Virus genome (UHGV): UHGV-0151214
Direction: 5' to 3' (one strand)
Length of the DNA: 12,009 nt
DNA from: a virus
Under the pieces are notes generated by a model, which worked only from the letters and a program-made list of their open reading frames with translations, was not told the origin of the DNA and did not search any database. Each line of letters opens with the position of its first letter. Positions within the stretch are counted from its first letter, which is position 1. Made by a program: the position numbers and the translations under genes. Below are positions 7,955 to 12,009 of this stretch, in pieces.

Positions 7955-8234
7955 ATCAAAAACGGAGTTGGTGAAAAGTTATCTTTGAATTCTATCATGA
8001 ATCAGTACGTATTTTAAATACATGTTCAGGTTTATTACACCATAGCATTATTAAATACAAAATTAAGTCTATGGTTCCTGTACAACTGCCCCCACTCTGC
8101 TGGCTCGTTCTGTAAAATCATTAGTACTTTTATTGAGATATATGATATGGAACAATAATGATTCATATATGGTTTACTATGCGGGTTTAGTCATCAATAA
8201 TTGACTGGCTTATAGATAGTAAACAGGAGAAAGT

Positions 8235-8639
8235 ATGTCTGCTCAAGTAACAAGTGAGCAATTAAATCAGTTGCTTAGTTTTGGTTCTCTTGCTGCAGTT
8301 ATTGCAGGTGTCCCTCCGGAGGTTGCTTTAGGGGCTTTGGCTGGGGCGGTAATTTTTGTTACCTCTGCAGTAGAGTACCCTATCCGTCGCCGGGTGCTCC
8401 TGTCGATGCTCAGCTTTCTTTGCGGCCTTCTCTTTTACAAACCAGCAGCATCAATTCTTATCGGCATAGCCAGCCTGATCCCTACCATCACGCAGGACTC
8501 TTTTGAAAAAGGGATTGTTTTCTCTGCAGGCGCATTCGTGTCAGCAATTGTCGCTGTGCGTATTGGTATATGGCTCTATCACCGTTCCGATAATCCACGC
8601 GAGTTAATTCCGGGGAGAAAAGACGATGGTAACGCATGA
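8235..8639 (+). CDS. Holin-like or antiholin-like membrane protein (134 aa, about 4 hydrophobic segments, charged C-terminal tail)
   Basis: ATG 8235 with AGGAG 7 nt upstream. Multiple TM-length hydrophobic stretches and a charged C-terminus ([19 protein letters not shown]). First gene of a cluster with a second holin-like gene, endolysin and spanins. Confidence 0.5.
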   Translation: MSAQVTSEQLNQLLSFGSLAAVIAGVPPEVALGALAGAVIFVTSAVEYPIRRRVLLSMLSFLCGLLFYKPAASILIGIASLIPTITQDSFEKGIVFSAGAFVSAIVAVRIGIWLYHRSDNPRELIPGRKDDGNA

Positions 8640-8934
8640 GTTTTTTTTGCTTATCACTAATGCAGTTATTTGCACTGGCATAGCAATTCGCGTTGTCACA
8701 TTCCGGCGTAACGGCTCTCAACATCGAAGGTGGGGAGGATGGCTTGCTTATTTCCTGATTGTTGCTGCGGCCAGTATTCCTGTTCGAGTCGCCTATGCAA
8801 TCTGGTTACGTACGCCAATGGCTGTGGATTTATCTGAGGTCATTATCAACGCTGTCATGCTGGCTGCGGTTATTAAAACGCGCGGTAACGTCGTTCAAAT
8901 TTTTAAAGTATCGAGGTCTAAACATGGAGATTAA
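8626..8934 (+). CDS. Putative holin (102 aa, 3 TM segments, basic C-terminal tail)
   Basis: Three hydrophobic segments and C-terminal [19 protein letters not shown]. Overlaps the preceding gene by 14 nt and the endolysin start by 11 nt. Confidence 0.6.
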   Translation: MVTHEFFLLITNAVICTGIAIRVVTFRRNGSQHRRWGGWLAYFLIVAAASIPVRVAYAIWLRTPMAVDLSEVIINAVMLAAVIKTRGNVVQIFKVSRSKHGD

Positions 8935-9553
8935 ACAATTCCAGCGAGCTGCTGGTATCAGCGAGGCACTGGCCGCACGCTGGTTCTCGCATATAACTTC
9001 TGCGATGAAAGAGTTTGGTATCAGCAAAGCAGAAGATCAGGCAATGTTTATTGCTCAAGTCGGGCATGAGTCTGGGGGCTTCACCAGGTTGCAGGAGAAT
9101 TTCAACTACAGTGTCAGCGGACTGGCTAACTTCGTTCGGGCTGGGCGTCTCACTCAGGGGCAGGCTAATGCACTGGGGCGCCGTGCTGGTGAACCACCAT
9201 TGCCACTTGAGCGCCAGCGCGCGATCGCAAATCTGGTATACAGCAAACGCATGGGGAACAATGCCCCTGGTGATGGCTGGAATTACCGAGGGCGCGGACT
9301 TATCCAGATTACCGGTTTGAATAACTATCGTGATTGCGGAAACGGTCTGAAGGTTGACCTGCTGGAGAGCCCTGAACTGCTGGCGCAGGACGAATATGCG
9401 GCTCGTAGCGCGGCGTGGTTCTTCGCCAGCAAAGGATGCATGAAGTATACCGGCGATATTGCACGTGTAACTCTGATTATCAATGGTGGCCGGAACGGCA
9501 TCGACGACCGGCGAGCGCGGTACATCACTGCCAGTAAGGTGCTGGCGGTATGA
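8924..9553 (+). CDS. Endolysin, glycoside hydrolase family 19 (chitinase-like phage lysozyme), 209 aa
   Basis: GH19 signatures [12 protein letters not shown] (catalytic Glu in HES), a second Glu in LQENFNY, and [19 protein letters not shown] 8924 preceded by GAGG. The track's longer version from 8759 reads through the holin in a frame with no lysozyme similarity. Confidence 0.85.
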   Translation: MEIKQFQRAAGISEALAARWFSHITSAMKEFGISKAEDQAMFIAQVGHESGGFTRLQENFNYSVSGLANFVRAGRLTQGQANALGRRAGEPPLPLERQRAIANLVYSKRMGNNAPGDGWNYRGRGLIQITGLNNYRDCGNGLKVDLLESPELLAQDEYAARSAAWFFASKGCMKYTGDIARVTLIINGGRNGIDDRRARYITASKVLAV

Positions 9554-10032
9554 TCTGGGCATTCGTAAAAGCATACTGGAAACAGTTTCTTATCGTGGCA
9601 GTGCTTGCTGTTCTGGTCATATCAGGAGTGGTTGCCTGGAATATACACGGCAGTCGCCAGTACGATGCCGGGTATGCTCAGGCGGAAGAAGACCGCAAAG
9701 CCGAAGAAGACAAAGTTCGTCAGTACTACGAACAGGAGAAAGTGACCAATGAACGTGAAGCTCAGCAGAGGATCGACCAGGCGCGCAATGATGCTCTTGA
9801 TGCTGCCGCTAGCGCTGGCCGGTTGCAGCAACAACTCTTTGCCATCCGTGAGCAGCTCAGGCAGTATAACGCCATTGTCGGCGCTGGGTCGTCAGCCGCA
9901 GACACCGGAGTTTTGCTTGCCGACGTGCTCAGCAAATCTCTCGAGAGAAACAGACAACTGGCAGAGTATGCTGACCGGGCAGCCGAAGCCGGAAGAGTCT
10001 GCGAAAAACAGTACGACACTTTGACCAGATAG
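9550..10032 (+). CDS. i-spanin (Rz-like inner-membrane spanin subunit), 160 aa
   Basis: ATGA overlap with the endolysin stop. N-terminal TM ([18 protein letters not shown]), a long charged coiled-coil periplasmic region, and a Cys near the C-terminus. Sits immediately after the endolysin and contains an embedded lipoprotein ORF. Confidence 0.75.
   Translation: MIWAFVKAYWKQFLIVAVLAVLVISGVVAWNIHGSRQYDAGYAQAEEDRKAEEDKVRQYYEQEKVTNEREAQQRIDQARNDALDAAASAGRLQQQLFAIREQLRQYNAIVGAGSSAADTGVLLADVLSKSLERNRQLAEYADRAAEAGRVCEKQYDTLTR
9788..10024 (+). CDS. o-spanin (Rz1-like outer-membrane lipoprotein), embedded in the +1 frame of the i-spanin gene
   Basis: [13 protein letters not shown] has a lipobox (LAGC) and a signal-peptidase II site. 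The mature part is about 58 aa, Ser/Pro-rich with additional Cys. It lies entirely within 9550..10032 in another frame. Start taken at ATG 9788; the track's 9749 start adds an unlikely N-terminal extension. Confidence 0.65.
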   Translation: MMLLMLPLALAGCSNNSLPSVSSSGSITPLSALGRQPQTPEFCLPTCSANLSRETDNWQSMLTGQPKPEESAKNSTTL

Positions 10033-10184
10033 CATGGCATTTTTCATGGTACTGATTTCCGGTGACGGTATATAAAACGGTACGGGAAAAATTGAGATTT
10101 GGAAAAATGTTATCACTCAATTGGTTATGGTTATCGTAAATAATTGAGTGGAATGATTTGACCCTGCACTATGAATGAACAAAA

Positions 10185-10210
10185 CCCTCTGTTACTACAG
10201 AGGGTTTTTT
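10185..10210. terminator. Bidirectional rho-independent terminator between the lysis cassette (+) and the convergent minus-strand operon
   Basis: Stem CCCTCTGT (10185-10192), loop TACT, stem ACAGAGGG (10197-10204), then T6 (10205-10210). Preceded by AAAA, so it is usable from both strands. Confidence 0.7.
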
Positions 10211-10248
10211 ATACTCACGAATCATAGGCTTGAAGTTACTGACATCGC

Positions 10249-10788
10249 TTAGTTAAACCAGCTGTCCGATTTGTTCTCTTCTGCTTTGCCCACGCTTTTC
10301 ATCAGATCTCGACCGCCCTCAGTCATATTCCTGTTTGCGTCAGCTTCAGATTGCACCACATCGGTTTGCGCAGCTTTGTGCTTCAGTTCCTGATCGATAA
10401 ATTCGTTTTCTCGCTTAACGCGGGCTTCTTCTTTCGCCAGCGCCAGTTTTTGTTTCTGAATCTCTAAGCTGCGTAGCTCATCTTCATAACTTTGATCGCG
10501 TTTTTTGTCCGCAGAGGCTTCGGCGTCCAGTTTATCCTGACGAGCTTTCTTATTTGCCGCTGCCGTTGCCGCTCTTTTGTTAGCGGCGGCCTGGGCGTTT
10601 GCGCGACGTTGCTTCTCTTGCTGGATTTCCCTGTTGCGCTCCGCGACCCATTCGTCATGCTGCCTTTGCTCTTCATTTTTACCTTGCTGTTCCGCTTCTG
10701 CGACAGCAGAGAGTTGATCCTGCAATGATGAGGCGATAGCCGGATAGCTTAAGGAGGCTAAGATGGCGCAAAGAAAAACTTTCTTCAT
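10249..10788 (-). CDS. Secreted Lys/Glu/Ala/Gln-rich (coiled-coil-like) periplasmic protein, 179 aa, with signal peptide
   Basis: Strong GGAGGAG SD upstream of the minus-strand ATG. N-terminus MKKVFLCAILASLSYPAIA-SS is a Sec signal peptide. The rest is highly charged and helical (…QQEKQRRANAQAAANKRAATAAANKKARQDKLDAEASADKKRD…). Lies 16 bp downstream of the lipoprotein gene on the same strand, so probably an operon. Confidence 0.6.
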   Translation of the reverse strand: MKKVFLCAILASLSYPAIASSLQDQLSAVAEAEQQGKNEEQRQHDEWVAERNREIQQEKQRRANAQAAANKRAATAAANKKARQDKLDAEASADKKRDQSYEDELRSLEIQKQKLALAKEEARVKRENEFIDQELKHKAAQTDVVQSEADANRNMTEGGRDLMKSVGKAEENKSDSWFN

Positions 10789-10803
10789 GACTCCTCCTGA
10801 TCA

Positions 10804-11322
10804 TTAGCTCTTTTCAGGACATTTGGTATTTGGCTGAATACGCGTTTCGTTATACGTCGTGGTAATAACAACGGCTAAACCTGTCGTAAACTGGCACTCT
10901 TTACCCACCTGGGTGGAGGTATACACTTTGGTGCCTTCCTTATACGTTAGAGAAACACCTTCCACTAAGGTTTTATCATTCACCATAGAACCCGCTGCCG
11001 CGCCAACAGCTCCGCCGCCAACTGCACCTGCCGTCGTTCCGGAATTGCTGCCAGACCCGACGTTGTGGCCAATAACACCGCCAGCGACTGCACCAATAAG
11101 CGCGCCGAAGGCTTGTGCGTTTCGTTTATTTTGGGAGTTGTCTACGGCAACTTTTGCGGGAAGAATGGAAATAATATTAACGGTTTTAGTTTCTTGTTTG
11201 GTATTCAGTTGATCGGTTTGATAAACATCGGCGGCATGATCATCAGCATTTGACTGGCATCCTGCCAGAGTGAATGACGCTAACATTGCCACAGGCAGAA
11301 GACATTTTTTAAATTTCATCAC
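10804..11322 (-). CDS. Outer-membrane lipoprotein with glycine-zipper region (SlyB/Pcp/YcfJ-like family), 172 aa
   Basis: Lipobox FTLAGC after a signal peptide. Gly-zipper segment GALIGAVAGGVIGHNVGSG…AGAVGGGAVGAAAG resembles the glycine-zipper motif of YcfJ/SlyB-type lipoproteins (recalled, not searched). AAGGA SD 7 nt upstream. The upstream region 11323-11510 is strongly AT-rich. Confidence 0.65.
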   Translation of the reverse strand: MMKFKKCLLPVAMLASFTLAGCQSNADDHAADVYQTDQLNTKQETKTVNIISILPAKVAVDNSQNKRNAQAFGALIGAVAGGVIGHNVGSGSNSGTTAGAVGGGAVGAAAGSMVNDKTLVEGVSLTYKEGTKVYTSTQVGKECQFTTGLAVVITTTYNETRIQPNTKCPEKS

Positions 11323-11632
11323 TATTCCTTGTTATACACATTACGAAAAATAAGACATTTAAGATCATCAAAAGAGGAAAGTAAATGTATTGCGTATAAA
11401 GGAATAGATTAAATTTATTAAAATTCATGTGGAAAATAATTTATAAAAATACATCATTAAAACATATGTATTAATTTTATATTTATTTCGCAGCCAAACA
11501 GGATAAACATCAGTCAGGACAAAGACGTAAAATTTAAGATGAAAGAATATCTGCCGCTTTGATAATCCCAAAGAGCAAAAGCATCCGACAGCGAGGTGCC
11601 GTTATGTTCTGTGAAAGTGGAGAAGGTAACCG

Positions 11633-11806
11633 CTAACGTTGTACCGGTGATTCGACGGAGAGTGTGGATTGCTGAGCTTCTTTTTTGCTCTGATGGTGCT
11701 GCCATGCACCGACGGACGAGTAGATAAAACGGCCAAAGAAGAAGATAAAGCTGATGAGCAGTACGATACGGGTCATGCGACTGTTAAATCGGTGTCGTTT
11801 TCGCAT
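11633..11806 (-). CDS. Possible small membrane protein (57 aa from ATG 11806; alternative start ATG 11776)
   Basis: Minus-strand ORF encoding MRKRHRFNSRMTRIVLLISFIFFFGRFIYSSVGAWQHHQ… with one clear TM segment. The track start is GTG with no convincing SD. Coding status uncertain. Confidence 0.2.
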   Translation of the reverse strand: MRKRHRFNSRMTRIVLLISFIFFFGRFIYSSVGAWQHHQSKKEAQQSTLSVESPVQR

Positions 11807-12009
11807 ACTGGTTGCCTGACTCACAAAAGGTTCCTTGATGTATGTCCCACGCTGTGGACGGTACTTACATTAAGGCACAACAGGACAAAATGGTCAATTC
11901 TTCGTTATGTAAAAAAGCGTCAGTGGATACATATTTTAATGTTATGGAAGTTAATTTAATTATTTACAATGATGATGTAATAATGATGAATTAACATGAT
12001 AAACGTAAT

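Noticed and set aside
8235-8639. Possibility that the 134-aa membrane protein is a GtrA-type O-antigen conversion flippase (the gene class that follows the tailspike in P22)
   Set aside because: It shows no resemblance to the GtrA sequence as I recall it, and it is immediately followed by holin, endolysin and spanin genes rather than glycosyltransferases. A lysis role is more parsimonious.
8759-9553. 264-aa version of the endolysin starting at 8759
   Set aside because: The upstream extension reads through the holin gene in a frame with no lysozyme-like sequence. ATG 8924 has a GAGG SD and starts right at the conserved GH19 N-terminus.
8918-9574. 218-aa minus-strand ORF
   Set aside because: It lies antisense to the GH19 endolysin, which has unmistakable catalytic motifs on the plus strand. 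It is an open-frame artefact of a GC-richer region.
9483-10120. Overlapping ORFs around the spanin region (9483..9752 +, 9622..9834 -, 9762..10040 -, 9892..10116 -, 9929..10120 -)
   Set aside because: Only the +1-frame ORF with a lipobox (9788..10024) fits the known embedded Rz1 architecture. The others are antisense or out-of-frame with Cys/Arg-rich low-complexity products.
10464-11253. ORFs opposite or overlapping the two minus-strand envelope genes (10464..10676 -, 10492..10728 +, 10859..11212 +, 11065..11253 +)
   Set aside because: They overlap genes that have clear signal peptide or lipobox and SD signals. Their products are Pro/Ala/Arg-rich mirror-frame artefacts.
11514-11959. ORFs 11514..11705 - and 11669..11959 +
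   Set aside because: No RBS, mutually overlapping, with products lacking protein-like features. The region looks like AT-rich intergenic DNA.
7929-12009. Search for tRNA genes, att core repeats, CRISPR arrays or phase-variable heptanucleotide repeats (as in neuO of K1 prophages)
   Set aside because: No cloverleaf-like GC-rich segment, no regularly spaced direct repeats and no tandem heptamer tract were seen by eye. A proper tRNA or repeat scan was not possible.

Overview
This window reads as the right-hand end of a P22-like temperate podophage or prophage in an enterobacterium, probably an E. coli K1-type host. No homology search was possible, so every call rests on reading the sequence and on remembered family features. 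In order: a 5'-truncated ejection-protein gene (1..1488); an expanded immunity-I-like region with mnt, arc and ant homologues plus several small accessory genes and a remnant of a second ant-like gene (1506..4862); a chimeric tailspike with a P22-type head-binding N-terminus, a sialidase-like region with two Asp-boxes, and a C-terminal self-cleaving chaperone domain (4986..7928); an unexpectedly placed lysis cassette with two holin-like proteins, a GH19 endolysin and nested Rz/Rz1 spanins (8235..10032); and two envelope-protein genes on the minus strand behind an AT-rich promoter region (10249..11322). No rRNA, tRNA, CRISPR array or tandem repeat was seen. The best candidates for undescribed biology are the accessory genes around the immunity region: a divergent pair (membrane-anchored protein and a small HExxH protein), a secreted protein translationally coupled to mnt, and a Cys-rich ORF coupled to arc. 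The tailspike-to-lysis module junction is also worth a second look.
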